A stretch of DNA of 64,000 nucleotides from an uncultured Aliarcobacter sp. (GTDB taxonomy: Bacteria; Campylobacterota; Campylobacteria; Campylobacterales; Arcobacteraceae): assembly GCA_963677435.1 (NCBI GenBank), contig OY781945.1, forward strand, positions 1,408,001 through 1,472,000, in the 5' to 3' direction. The notes beneath the pieces were generated by a model. It saw nothing but the letters and a program-made list of their open reading frames with translations. It ran no database searches and was not told where the DNA came from. Below, one piece after another: positions 50,245-60,330 of the stretch (position 1 is its first letter; the number at the start of each line of letters is the position of its first letter). The translations under genes and the position numbers were made by a program.

Positions 50245-51081
50245 TTACCATAATTTTTTATTCAATAAGTCTTCTAATTTTTTGCTATCTTCTTCAAAGA
50301 TTTTTTGTAGAAAATCTTTTTCTTTATTAAAATTAGGTTTTTCTTCCATTGTATTAAATAACAAAGTTTTTATTTTGTATTTTAAATTATCGGGAATATA
50401 TTTATATATAAAATTATAAAGATGTAATTTTCTTAAATAATAAATAATCGGACTCCTAGCTCTTGAATAAAAATTATACTTAGAAGAAAAATTAATTTCA
50501 ATTCTTTCTATATCAAGAAAATTAAATACATCATTCATAATTAACTCTGGATTATTTTTTAATTCTTTAAAAGAAATTACTAATAAATTATCTTTAAATA
50601 ATTCTTTATAATATTTAACATTTTCATAATATAGACTATTCCCAACATACTCTTTATAATAAAGTGAATTTTTATCTTTTAAATAATGGAATAGTGATTT
50701 ATTTACATAACCAATTCTTAAATCCATTAAATAATGAGAGATTGCTCTTTCTATTGGATCTCTAAGAATAACAATAATTTTTGATTTAGGATTAAAGTTT
50801 AATATTTTGCTAGCAGATTCTTTATAGTATAGATAAGAAGGTGAGATATCAGCAATAATCTTTTCATTTTTTGAATCATGATAATTTTTCAAATAATCAT
50901 TTTCATTATTTGCAAAGTAAACATCATAATATGTATTTTTAACCATAGGTAGAGAAAAAAAATGCTGCTCTTTAATTTCAGGGACAAAAACATTATTATG
51001 ATTTTTTAGATAATGATACATTGATGTTGTTGCACATTTAGGTGCACCAATTATAAAAAGATTTGGTTTATTCATATACAT
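50245..51081 (-). CDS. PAPS-dependent sulfotransferase
   Basis: IGAPKCATTS (5'-PSB), KE.HFF, SPSY and LRDPIERAISHY (3'-PB). Confidence 0.88.
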   Translation of the reverse strand: MYMNKPNLFIIGAPKCATTSMYHYLKNHNNVFVPEIKEQHFFSLPMVKNTYYDVYFANNENDYLKNYHDSKNEKIIADISPSYLYYKESASKILNFNPKSKIIVILRDPIERAISHYLMDLRIGYVNKSLFHYLKDKNSLYYKEYVGNSLYYENVKYYKELFKDNLLVISFKELKNNPELIMNDVFNFLDIERIEINFSSKYNFYSRARSPIIYYLRKLHLYNFIYKYIPDNLKYKIKTLLFNTMEEKPNFNKEKDFLQKIFEEDSKKLEDLLNKKLW

Positions 51082-51255
51082 TCAACTTTCTTAAAATTAT
51101 ATTATTAAGATTAGATTATACTTTTTAAACATTTAATATAACTTAATATTGATTAGTTAGGGATTTTTATTATTTTAAGATTAATTTGTTGTTACTTTCA
51201 AGTTATATACAAGTGTTATAGTTTTTCTAACTAAATAGTAGGGGGAAAATTATTT

Positions 51256-52233
51256 ATGAAAAAGATTATTGTGATTGCAGGTTTATCTGCATTGTGTGTT
51301 AGTTCTTTGTTTTCATTTGATGCAAAAGAGTTAGCTACTCGTTCAAACAACGGATATAAATCAGATGTAAAAGTTGAGTACAAAGTTCCAGATGAAAAAA
51401 ATATTCCAGATAATAAATTTGGAGAACTTGTAAAATACGGGAAAGAGCTTATTGTTCATACTTCAAAGTACATAGGTCCAGAAGTTGAAGACCCAAAAAT
51501 GAGATTTGCTGGAAACAACAACCAATGTCAAAACTGTCACTTAGATGCTGGAACAAAAGCATATTCTGCTCCATTTGTTGGAGTATTTGCAGCTTTTCCT
51601 CAATATAGACCAAGAGAAGATAAAGTTGGTACTTTAGCTGATAGAATAAATGGTTGCATGGAAAGAAGTATGAATGGTTATAAATTACCAGTTGATAGTA
51701 AAGAAATGAGTGCAATTCAAGCCTATATGTTTTGGTTAAGTCAAGGAGTTCCAGTTGGTACTATGAAACTTGAGGGAAGAGGGTTAGCCAAAATTGATAG
51801 AAAAATGGTTAAATCACAAGCTGCAGATACAGTAAAAGGTGAAGTGGTTTACGCTAATAACTGTGCAGCATGTCATGGTGCAAATGGTGAGGGAATTAAA
51901 AACGAAGGTAAAGCAAATGGATATATGTATCCAGCTCTTTGGGGAACAGAAGACACTTATAACAAAGGTGCAGGAATGTACAGAGTTCTAAAAGCTGCTG
52001 ATTTTATAAAATACAATATGCCTTTAGGTGCAACAAAAGAAGCTCCTGTTTTAACAGATGAAGAAGCTTACAATGTAGCTGCCTTTATAAATATGGATTC
52101 TCATTATAGACCTGAAAAAATCAATAGACCAAATGACTTTCCAGATGCTGTAGTAAAAGCTCCAGATGTTTATAGACCAGGTGTTGAGTCAAAAGAACAC
52201 CAAGTTGGACCTTTTGGTAAAATTATCAAATAA
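51256..52233 (+). CDS. tsdA: Diheme thiosulfate dehydrogenase/tetrathionate reductase TsdA
   Basis: Signal peptide; CQNCH and CAACH heme motifs; RINGCMERSMNG active-site Cys; YNMP. Confidence 0.88.
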   Translation: MKKIIVIAGLSALCVSSLFSFDAKELATRSNNGYKSDVKVEYKVPDEKNIPDNKFGELVKYGKELIVHTSKYIGPEVEDPKMRFAGNNNQCQNCHLDAGTKAYSAPFVGVFAAFPQYRPREDKVGTLADRINGCMERSMNGYKLPVDSKEMSAIQAYMFWLSQGVPVGTMKLEGRGLAKIDRKMVKSQAADTVKGEVVYANNCAACHGANGEGIKNEGKANGYMYPALWGTEDTYNKGAGMYRVLKAADFIKYNMPLGATKEAPVLTDEEAYNVAAFINMDSHYRPEKINRPNDFPDAVVKAPDVYRPGVESKEHQVGPFGKIIK

Positions 52234-52239
52234 TAACAT

Positions 52240-52263
52240 AGAGAATATGATTTCATATTCTCT
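52240..52263 (+). terminator. Hairpin after tsdA
   Basis: AGAGAATATGA-TT-TCATATTCTCT followed by T-rich sequence. Confidence 0.55.
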
Positions 52264-52287
52264 TATCTTTTTAGATACAATCAAATT

Positions 52288-53226
52288 ATGAATAAAACTT
52301 ATCGAAACTTTATATTACTTTTTCTTATTATAGTCTCTATTCTTTTATACTTTTTATACAAATACAATAGTAAAATTGAACAAAACCAAGTTGATATTTT
52401 GGTTTCAAATAAAGTTGAAATTGTACAAAATGAATTAACAAATCAGAAAAATCACGCTTTATCTTTAGCAATATTGTTTTCTAAAAATCAAAATATTATT
52501 CGTTTTTTAGAAAATGATAAACCAAATGAGTTGAAAAAAGAGCTATTGTCTCTATTACAAAATATAAAAAACTACACGAATATAAATAATATTCAAATTC
52601 AAGTTCATACAAAAGATTTAAAAGTTTTTGTAAGAAGTTGGGAAGATAAAGATGCGGGATTGAGTTTAGAAAGTTTTAGAAAAGGAATTGTAAAAGTAAA
52701 AGAAACACAAGAACCTTTTGTATCGAATGAACTTGGGAAAAGATTTAATATAAAAGCAATTTCACCTATTTTTAATGAAAAAGATGAATATATTGGAAGT
52801 ATTGAAGTTATAGTTGATTATAGTGATTTAAAGAATAGACTAAAATATATGGGAATAGATATTATTGCACTTTTAAAAAAAGAGTATTTACCAATTGCTA
52901 CATATTATAAACAGTACAATATGTTAGATGATTTTGTAGTTATTCAAAATGATTATGATAAAAAGTTTTATGATTATCTAGCTTTTAATAAAGAGTATTT
53001 ATCAACTAATCAGTTCTATTATAAAAATAAGAATAAAATAGTTACTCAAATCCCTTTAGGCGATATTGATTCAAAAAGTGTGGGAGTTTTGATGATTTCT
53101 TTTGATAAAAATGAACAGAACTTTAAGTATTTACCAAAATATGAATATATGGGTGAAATAAAAACAGAAGATACAAATTTTAAAAACCAACTTTTAAAAG
53201 AGAAAAAAGAGATTATTATAAAGTGA
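52288..53226 (+). CDS. Membrane-anchored Cache-like sensor protein with no output domain
   Basis: Single N-terminal TM; QIQVHTKD...FVRSW...FRKG...AISPIF...YIGSIEV pattern. Confidence 0.65.
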   Translation: MNKTYRNFILLFLIIVSILLYFLYKYNSKIEQNQVDILVSNKVEIVQNELTNQKNHALSLAILFSKNQNIIRFLENDKPNELKKELLSLLQNIKNYTNINNIQIQVHTKDLKVFVRSWEDKDAGLSLESFRKGIVKVKETQEPFVSNELGKRFNIKAISPIFNEKDEYIGSIEVIVDYSDLKNRLKYMGIDIIALLKKEYLPIATYYKQYNMLDDFVVIQNDYDKKFYDYLAFNKEYLSTNQFYYKNKNKIVTQIPLGDIDSKSVGVLMISFDKNEQNFKYLPKYEYMGEIKTEDTNFKNQLLKEKKEIIIK

Positions 53227-53230
53227 AAAT

Positions 53231-53890
53231 ATGAAAATTCTACTACTTGAAGATGATTATTTATATAAAGTATCCATAAAAGAGTTTTTGCAAGAACTTG
53301 ATTTTATTGTGGATGATTTTGAAAATGGTGATGATGCTTTAGATGCAGTTTTTACAAATAGTTATGATTTACTTCTTTTAGATGTTCGTGTTTCTGGAAT
53401 GGATGGTTTCTCTTTGGTTGAAACTATCAGAAAAGAGGGCTTGAATACACCAATTATAATACTTACTTCTTTGACAGATATTACAAATCTTAGTCGTGGA
53501 TATGATTTAGGTTGTAATGATTATATTAGAAAACCTTTTGATTTGATAGAGCTAAAATTTAGAATTGAGCAACTAATTAAAAATAGTTGTTTTAAAACTT
53601 TGGATGATGTTATACAAGTAGTTCCAGATTATGAATTTGATGTGAAAAAAAATATTTTGTATAAAGAAAAAGAACAAATAGATTTGAGTTTTAAAGAGAG
53701 TGAACTTGTCTCTTATTTAGTTCAAAATAGAGGTTTCTTTGTCTCTATTGAAACTTTACATGAAAGAATTTGGGAAAATAAAGAGATTTCTTATTCTGAT
53801 ATTAGAATGTGCATAAAAAGGATTAGAGAAAAAACCTGTAAAGATTTTATAAAAACTAAACGATTTGTAGGATATAAAATTGATAAGTAA
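53231..53890 (+). CDS. OmpR-family response regulator
   Basis: LLEDD, LLLDV, LTS, DYIRKPF and C-terminal winged helix (GYKI). Confidence 0.93.
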   Translation: MKILLLEDDYLYKVSIKEFLQELDFIVDDFENGDDALDAVFTNSYDLLLLDVRVSGMDGFSLVETIRKEGLNTPIIILTSLTDITNLSRGYDLGCNDYIRKPFDLIELKFRIEQLIKNSCFKTLDDVIQVVPDYEFDVKKNILYKEKEQIDLSFKESELVSYLVQNRGFFVSIETLHERIWENKEISYSDIRMCIKRIREKTCKDFIKTKRFVGYKIDK

Positions 53891-55052
53891 TAAATATGAG
53901 CTAAAATTTATATTAATTCAAGTTATATTGACACTTCTAATAGCTTTTATTCCAATATATTTTTATTTGGATTCTTCATTTGAAAATCAAAATATGAAAG
54001 ATAAAATGGATTTAAAAAACTATGCTTTTTCAGTTATCTCAAAAATAAAATCTTTTGAAAAAGAGAATAGTTCTACTTTTTATTATCCCCGTTCTAATAT
54101 CTATTTTTCTGGAATTTTTGATAAAAATAATCAATCTATTTTCTCTTTGTTAAAAAGAAATGATTTAGATTTTTTGGATGAGTTTTTGATAAGTAAAAAT
54201 GAGATTTGTTACAAAAACTATTTAGATGCGAATATTTTAGATGCTAAGTTTTTAGTTGTTTGTAAAGATGTAGATAATTCACAAGTAATTTATAATGCAA
54301 TTATTTTGATTTTAATTATCAGCTTTTTTATGTTTTTATCCTCTTTTTTTATCATCAAACAAAGTATAGAACCATATAAAAGATTAAATCAATACTTAGA
54401 TGATTTTCTAAAAGATGCTATGCATGAGTTAAAAACCCCAATTGGAGTTGCCCGAATTAATGTTGATATGCTACAAATGCGACTAAAAAATGATAAATAT
54501 ATTTTGCGAATAAAATCTGCTTTAAAAAATATGACAGTTATTTATGAAGATTTAGAGTATTACATGCAACAAAATATGGTAAAAGATGAAAAAAAAGATA
54601 TTAATTTTTCACTCTTTTTAGAAAGAAGAATTGAATTTTTTAATGACTTGGTAATTTCAAAAAATATCAAATTTCTAATAAATATTCAAAAAGAGATTCA
54701 TATAAATTTTAATGAATTAGAGCTTTATAGAATAATTGATAATAACATTTCAAATGCAATAAAATACTCAAAAGATAGCTCAAATATTGAAATATCTTTG
54801 CAAAAACAAGAGAATAAAATTAAACTAATGTTTAAAGATGAAGGTATTGGAATAAAAGATAAATCAAAAATCTTTGAGCGATATTATAGAGGTGATAAAA
54901 TAACTGGTGGCTTTGGAATAGGGCTTAGTATTGTTAAAAATATTTGTGTTAAAAATAGAGTTGATATAGAAGTAGAATCACAAGTAAATAAAGGGAGTTC
55001 CTTTATTTACTTTTTTGATTCACTGGGTAATTTTCTTAATAAAACAGAATAA
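53880..55052 (+). CDS. Sensor histidine kinase
   Basis: Two TMs; MHELKTP, NAIKYS, DEGIGI and GFGIGL motifs. Confidence 0.93.
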   Translation: MISNKYELKFILIQVILTLLIAFIPIYFYLDSSFENQNMKDKMDLKNYAFSVISKIKSFEKENSSTFYYPRSNIYFSGIFDKNNQSIFSLLKRNDLDFLDEFLISKNEICYKNYLDANILDAKFLVVCKDVDNSQVIYNAIILILIISFFMFLSSFFIIKQSIEPYKRLNQYLDDFLKDAMHELKTPIGVARINVDMLQMRLKNDKYILRIKSALKNMTVIYEDLEYYMQQNMVKDEKKDINFSLFLERRIEFFNDLVISKNIKFLINIQKEIHINFNELELYRIIDNNISNAIKYSKDSSNIEISLQKQENKIKLMFKDEGIGIKDKSKIFERYYRGDKITGGFGIGLSIVKNICVKNRVDIEVESQVNKGSSFIYFFDSLGNFLNKTE

Positions 55053-55816
55053 CCAGAACAAGTACAAGTATTATCTATAGCTTCTTCTATATCTTCAACT
55101 TTTGAAACAAGTTGCCAATTGTTATTAACAGCTTCTTTTAGCGTTGAATATCCAGTAGTTCTTTTGTTTATATCTGTACATCTTTTAGCACAAACAGCTT
55201 CTTTTCCAGAATATCTCCATGAATCAAAAAAAGTCATAGTTCTTTGATCTTTTTTATTAAATAGAACTTTAGTTTTTTGCTCTCTTGCTGCTTCTCTTCT
55301 TTGAATCTCTTGTCTTTCTTTTATTGATTCTTGAGTATTTATCATAGTTGGAGTTTCTACTTCAAATTGTGGATGTTTTTTAGAATTTGAATAGGCTCTT
55401 TTTACTTTTTCATCTATGCTCACTGAGTAGAAACTATTAGCATTTTGACTCGCTTGGTGAGCAATAAAATAAGGTTCATTGTTAACTTCACAAACAGTAG
55501 CTCTGTTATTTGAATATGAATTAACATAGATTTTGTTTATATAATAAGTTGAATTAACTAATTTACCTTTATTATCTGAACAAAATTTATCAAGTTTTGA
55601 AAATAAGTTTTTTGTATCTTCAGCTTTTAAAGATTTGTTTTTATACAACCTTTGTTTTGTATCATATTCAAAAGACTCATTTAAAACATCATTTATAGTT
55701 TTAATTTTTGGTTTTTCAACACTGCTTTTTACAACCGATTTATTTGCACATGATGTGAAAAATAATGTTGTTGCAACAACAAACAATCCTATTTTTAAAA
55801 ATTTATTAATTTGCAT
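55007..55816 (-). CDS. Hypothetical Cys-containing lipoprotein
   Basis: Likely start MQINK at 55816; lipobox FTSC; several paired Cys. Confidence 0.6.
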   Translation of the reverse strand: MQINKFLKIGLFVVATTLFFTSCANKSVVKSSVEKPKIKTINDVLNESFEYDTKQRLYKNKSLKAEDTKNLFSKLDKFCSDNKGKLVNSTYYINKIYVNSYSNNRATVCEVNNEPYFIAHQASQNANSFYSVSIDEKVKRAYSNSKKHPQFEVETPTMINTQESIKERQEIQRREAAREQKTKVLFNKKDQRTMTFFDSWRYSGKEAVCAKRCTDINKRTTGYSTLKEAVNNNWQLVSKVEDIEEAIDNTCTCSGYSVLLRKLPSESKK

Positions 55817-55823
55817 TTTTAGA

Positions 55824-56951
55824 CTAAATCTCCATTCCATTTTCTAGAATAATTTTATTTCTACCATTTTCTTTTGCTTGATATAAAAGCATATCAGCTT
55901 TTTGTAGAGTATTTTCATAAGTTGGATAAGAACTTCTTATTGCAACTCCAGCTGAGAAAGTAACTCTTATTTTATTTGTTTTATATAAGAAACTATTTTC
56001 AGTAACAATTGTTTTTATTCTTTTTAAGAACTGTAATAACTCTCTATTTAGATTAAAGTGAATAATTGCTACGAACTCTTCTCCTCCATATCTTCCAACA
56101 ACATCATGGTCTCTTATGCTTTTATTGAGAATCTTTCCAAAAGTTGATAAAACAACATCTCCACATTCATGTCCATAAGTGTCATTTAGTTTTTTGAAGT
56201 GGTCTAAATCGAAAAAAACTACCGCATATTGTGTTTTAATTCTTTCATAAGCACTTTCTATTCTTTTTATCTCTTCACCAAATGCTTTTCTTGTAAGTAA
56301 ACCAGTTAAATGATCTTTCATATTTTCTGTTTTTGTTCTAGTTAATTCTGCTTCAAGAGTTTTTACTTTTTCTTCAAGTTCTTGAACTTTTGATTTACCA
56401 GTTTCTAGTTTTGTTGTTACTGTATGCATCTCTTTTTCAATTGATGATGCAGCATTTATAAGCTCATTTTGAAGTTTTGTAAGAGCTTCTAATCCATCTT
56501 CTTCTATATTGATTGATTCTATCTTCTCTTTAATATTAATCACATTTTTTGAGCTTGAACCATTACTTGAAATTGCTTCATTTAAGTATTCTTCCATTAA
56601 TAGAACAAGTTTAGAAATATCAGAAGTTCGCTCAATTACAACTCTTTTATCTCTTTCAAATCTTTTGTTTATAAAATCTTCAATTTTATCTTGAATCTTT
56701 TCAACAAATAAAAGATTAGGCTCTTTCTCAATTTTTGAGAATAATTGATCAATTTCATCATCTGTCTCTGCACAAATTGATGGTAAAACTGATTGTTTTA
56801 TTAATAAAGCTAAATGTTGTACATTTTTTGGATTAACTCTTTTTAACAATATTGGAATTATTCTTTCTGGCGAATCAATTTGATTTGCCTTAACTTCACT
56901 TTTTTCCTCTTCTGTTAATAAACTTAAAATATTTTCAAACTCTTTGTTCAT
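55824..56951 (-). CDS. Diguanylate cyclase (GGDEF)
   Basis: DHLTGL, DLDHFK.LND.YGH..GD, RDHD I-site and GGEEF; coiled-coil N-terminus. Confidence 0.93.
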   Translation of the reverse strand: MNKEFENILSLLTEEEKSEVKANQIDSPERIIPILLKRVNPKNVQHLALLIKQSVLPSICAETDDEIDQLFSKIEKEPNLLFVEKIQDKIEDFINKRFERDKRVVIERTSDISKLVLLMEEYLNEAISSNGSSSKNVINIKEKIESINIEEDGLEALTKLQNELINAASSIEKEMHTVTTKLETGKSKVQELEEKVKTLEAELTRTKTENMKDHLTGLLTRKAFGEEIKRIESAYERIKTQYAVVFFDLDHFKKLNDTYGHECGDVVLSTFGKILNKSIRDHDVVGRYGGEEFVAIIHFNLNRELLQFLKRIKTIVTENSFLYKTNKIRVTFSAGVAIRSSYPTYENTLQKADMLLYQAKENGRNKIILENGMEI

Positions 56952-56981
56952 GTAATGTTTCCTAAATGTGATTTCTTCAAA

Positions 56982-57425
56982 TTATCCTAAAAGTTTTTTT
57001 ACCATTTCATTAATTCTTTTTCCATCTGCAATACCTGCAAATTTCTTAGTTGCAAGTCCCATAACTTTTCCTATATCTTTCATAGAAGTAGCAGATACTT
57101 GTGAAATAATCTCTTTCATTCCACTTTCAAGTTCTTCATCACTTGCTTGTGTTGGAAGGTAAAGCATAAATACATCAACTTGTTCTTGTTCTTGTGCAAC
57201 TAAGTCTTCTCTTGAAGCAGCTTTATATTGAGTAATAGACTCTTCTCTTTGTTTAATACCTTTTTGAATTAATTTAATAACATCTTCATCATTTAAATCT
57301 TTTCTTTCATCTACTTCAATTTGTTTAATCATAGTATTAATAGCTCTAATTGAGTCCCTCTTTGCTACATCTTTATCTCTCATTGCAGTTTTTAAATCTT
57401 CTTTTAATTGTTCTTTTAAAGTCAT
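56982..57425 (-). CDS. GatB/YqeY domain protein
   Basis: LKTAMR, KQREESI..Y and KDIGKVMG...ADGK motifs. Confidence 0.9.
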   Translation of the reverse strand: MTLKEQLKEDLKTAMRDKDVAKRDSIRAINTMIKQIEVDERKDLNDEDVIKLIQKGIKQREESITQYKAASREDLVAQEQEQVDVFMLYLPTQASDEELESGMKEIISQVSATSMKDIGKVMGLATKKFAGIADGKRINEMVKKLLG

Positions 57426-57468
57426 ACAAACCCCTATATTTACTATTTGTTTACCAAATTATATCTTT

Positions 57469-59418
57469 TTAAGAATTAAAGCTCTCTATTAATTCTTCTA
57501 GTTCCAAAAATCTTTCAACTTTTTGCTCATAAATCTCTTTTGTAGCATCAAGCTCTTGAGACATGGCAACAATTCCTTTTTGCTCATAACATTTTGGATC
57601 CATCAAACAAGCATTTATTTCTTCAAGTTTTAACTCTAAGTCTTCCAGCTCTTTTGGCAACATCTCATATTCTCTTTGGTCTTTATATGATAGTTTTGTT
57701 TGTTTTTTAACAGCTGGTGCAACTTTTTCAATTGTAGCTTCTTTTGCTATTTCATTTTCTAGATTGTCTAACTCTTTTAACTCTTTTTCGATTTCAAGGT
57801 ACTCACTATAAGGTTGGAAACTTTCCATTATGTGGCTATTTCCTTGAAATACAAAAAGTTTTTTAGCAATTTTATCAACAAAATATCTATCATGTGATAC
57901 AAAAATCAAAGCACCTTGGAAGTTTTGTAAATACTCTTCTAAAATATTAATTGTTGGAATATCTAAGTCATTTGTTGGCTCATCTAAAATTAAACAATCA
58001 ACTTTTTTTGTGAAAAGTAGCGCAAGGGCTACTCTATTTTTTTCTCCACCACTTAGAACACCAACTTTTTTATCAAGATATTCCCTTGGAAATAAGAAGT
58101 TTTTTAAGTATCCAAAAACATGCATATTTCTTCCATCTTGAAGAACAACTCTATCTCCACCATTTGGACAAAAAGTCTCTAATAGATTTCTTTCATCATC
58201 CAATGATTCCCTTTGTTGGTCAAAATATCCTATCTCAAAATCACCTTTTTTAAAAGTTCCCTTATCTATTTTCATTTTTTCCATAAAAATTTTAAGTAGT
58301 GTTGATTTTCCGCTTCCATTGGGACCAACTATGGCAATAGTGTCTTTTTGTAAAATTCTAGTTGTAAAATCAGTAATTAATTTTTTATCACCTAAACTTT
58401 TGCAAACATCATCAAGTTCATAAAGCATTTTCTTTTTATTTTTTTGATTATCTTCTGTGTTAAAAGATTTTTGTTCCCTTTGAAGTTCAAGTGACATTTT
58501 TCTAATGGCTGCTGGATTTGAACGAGCTTTTTGTTTTAAATCAAAATACTCTGATTTTCTTCTTTCATTTCTTTTTCTTCTAGCAGTTACCCCATGTTGC
58601 ATCCAATGGGCTTCTCTTTTTACAAGTCTAATTAGATTGTCATGTTCTTTTTGCATATTTTCTAAAAGGTGTTCTTTTTGCTCTAAATATGAAGAGTAAC
58701 CACCATTGAATTTTCGTAAAACTCCTCCATCAACTTCAACAACAGTCGTTGCAATATTATCAATAAAATATCTATCATGTGATATAAAAAGTAGGGTGAA
58801 ATTATTTTTTAAAAGTAGTTGTTCTAAAAACTCAACCATATATACATCAAGATGATTGGTAGGCTCATCTAAAAGTAAAACATCTGGTTTTTTAAGTAAT
58901 AATCCAGCAAGACTAACTCTTCTTTGCTCCCCACCACTTAGAAGATTTACATCTTTAAACTCATACTGTTTTAATTGAAATTCAACTAAAACTCTCTCAA
59001 TCATATTGTCCAAATCCCAAGCATTATGAAAATCAATAAAAGTTGCTAATTCACTTTGTCTTCTAATTAAATCTTCATTCTCATAATCAGTTGCTAGTCT
59101 ATTTGTAAGTTCTTCATATTCATTTCTTGCTTGTTTTAACTCGGCTAGTTGATCCTCAATTGCATCTCTTACATTTAGATTGTCTTTAAATTTTGGTTGT
59201 TGGTCTAACATCTCAATTTTTAGAGATTTATCGATAGCCATTTCACCACTATCAGGTTCTGTTTGTTTCATAATTATTTTAAAAAGTGTAGATTTACCTT
59301 GTCCATTTTGACCAATAACTGCAACTCTTTGTCCATGGTTTAAAGTAAAATTTGCATCTTTTAAAATAACTTTTGTATCGTATTGTTTTGAAATATTCTG
59401 TAGGTCTATTAAAGCCAT
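57469..59418 (-). CDS. uup: ABC-F family ATPase (Uup-like)
   Basis: Two ABC domains (GQNGQGKST/LSGGE/LLDEPTNHLD; GPNGSGKST/LSGGE/LDEPTNDLD) and C-terminal KLSYKDQRE domain. Confidence 0.88.
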   Translation of the reverse strand: MALIDLQNISKQYDTKVILKDANFTLNHGQRVAVIGQNGQGKSTLFKIIMKQTEPDSGEMAIDKSLKIEMLDQQPKFKDNLNVRDAIEDQLAELKQARNEYEELTNRLATDYENEDLIRRQSELATFIDFHNAWDLDNMIERVLVEFQLKQYEFKDVNLLSGGEQRRVSLAGLLLKKPDVLLLDEPTNHLDVYMVEFLEQLLLKNNFTLLFISHDRYFIDNIATTVVEVDGGVLRKFNGGYSSYLEQKEHLLENMQKEHDNLIRLVKREAHWMQHGVTARRKRNERRKSEYFDLKQKARSNPAAIRKMSLELQREQKSFNTEDNQKNKKKMLYELDDVCKSLGDKKLITDFTTRILQKDTIAIVGPNGSGKSTLLKIFMEKMKIDKGTFKKGDFEIGYFDQQRESLDDERNLLETFCPNGGDRVVLQDGRNMHVFGYLKNFLFPREYLDKKVGVLSGGEKNRVALALLFTKKVDCLILDEPTNDLDIPTINILEEYLQNFQGALIFVSHDRYFVDKIAKKLFVFQGNSHIMESFQPYSEYLEIEKELKELDNLENEIAKEATIEKVAPAVKKQTKLSYKDQREYEMLPKELEDLELKLEEINACLMDPKCYEQKGIVAMSQELDATKEIYEQKVERFLELEELIESFNS

Positions 59419-59547
59419 ATATTTTTCTTCTTCTTTGTATTATTAAGATTTATTTTTGTTAGTTTAAGTATTAATATACCTAAAAATCGGTTAAGATTTA
59501 CTTTTGATATATTTTGCTGTTATTTAAAGACCTGAGCGTATATAGAA

Positions 59548-60222
59548 TTATTTTTTATCAAATATATATTTTTTGATTTCATCTTTCCAAATTAAATATG
59601 CTTTTGCATTTAAATGAAGTCCATCGTGAGTATAGTTTTTTATCAAAAGTTCATCTTTTGAAAGGGATTTGTTTAAATCTATAAATACTATTTTATTATC
59701 TTCACAATATTTTTTTAACAAAATATTTAACTCTTTTACTTTGTCATTGTAGCCATTGTCTTTTTTTGCTGTATAAAGGGTTGAGTAGATGTATGGAGTT
59801 ATATTTTTTTCTTTTAGTATTTGAATTATTTTTTTATGATTTTCAAAAATATCTTTTACTTGGAAACCTTGGAAAATATCATTTATTCCACCCATAACAA
59901 AAACTTTTTTTGGATTTAGTTTTATTACTTGCTCTATTCTTTGTAAAAAGCCAGAAGTTGTATCTCCATTTATTCCTCGATTAATAATTGGATAATCAAA
60001 TAACTCATTCCAATTAACCGCATAAGTAATAGAATCTCCTAACATTACAATATTTGTTTGTTTTGTTGGATAAATTTTATATAGTTCATAAATATTATTA
60101 TCACCAAAAATAAGAGAGTCATTATTCTCATTTTGTGTTGAAGAGTAGAGTTTATTTGGTAACATAAGTGCAACTAATAAACATAAAATCACTCCTGTAA
60201 GCGTTGTATTGAATTTTTGCAT
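59548..60222 (-). CDS. GDSL/SGNH hydrolase
   Basis: GDSIT, NRGINGDT, GGIND and DGLH motifs; signal peptide. Confidence 0.9.
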   Translation of the reverse strand: MQKFNTTLTGVILCLLVALMLPNKLYSSTQNENNDSLIFGDNNIYELYKIYPTKQTNIVMLGDSITYAVNWNELFDYPIINRGINGDTTSGFLQRIEQVIKLNPKKVFVMGGINDIFQGFQVKDIFENHKKIIQILKEKNITPYIYSTLYTAKKDNGYNDKVKELNILLKKYCEDNKIVFIDLNKSLSKDELLIKNYTHDGLHLNAKAYLIWKDEIKKYIFDKK

Positions 60223-60330
60223 AAATTCTCTTTTTTTGTTTTGATTCTATTATAAAAATTATTAAATATAAATAATATTAATTTAATTTTAAGAAATGTA
60301 TAATAACTTAAAATATATGAAGGAGTTAAG

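Noticed and set aside
247..58699. Many 60-140 aa ORFs in the supplied track that overlap longer genes (e.g. 247-510, 6831-7166, 35810-36235, 40590-40952)
   Set aside because: They are antisense or out-of-frame shadows of well-supported genes with no independent motifs.
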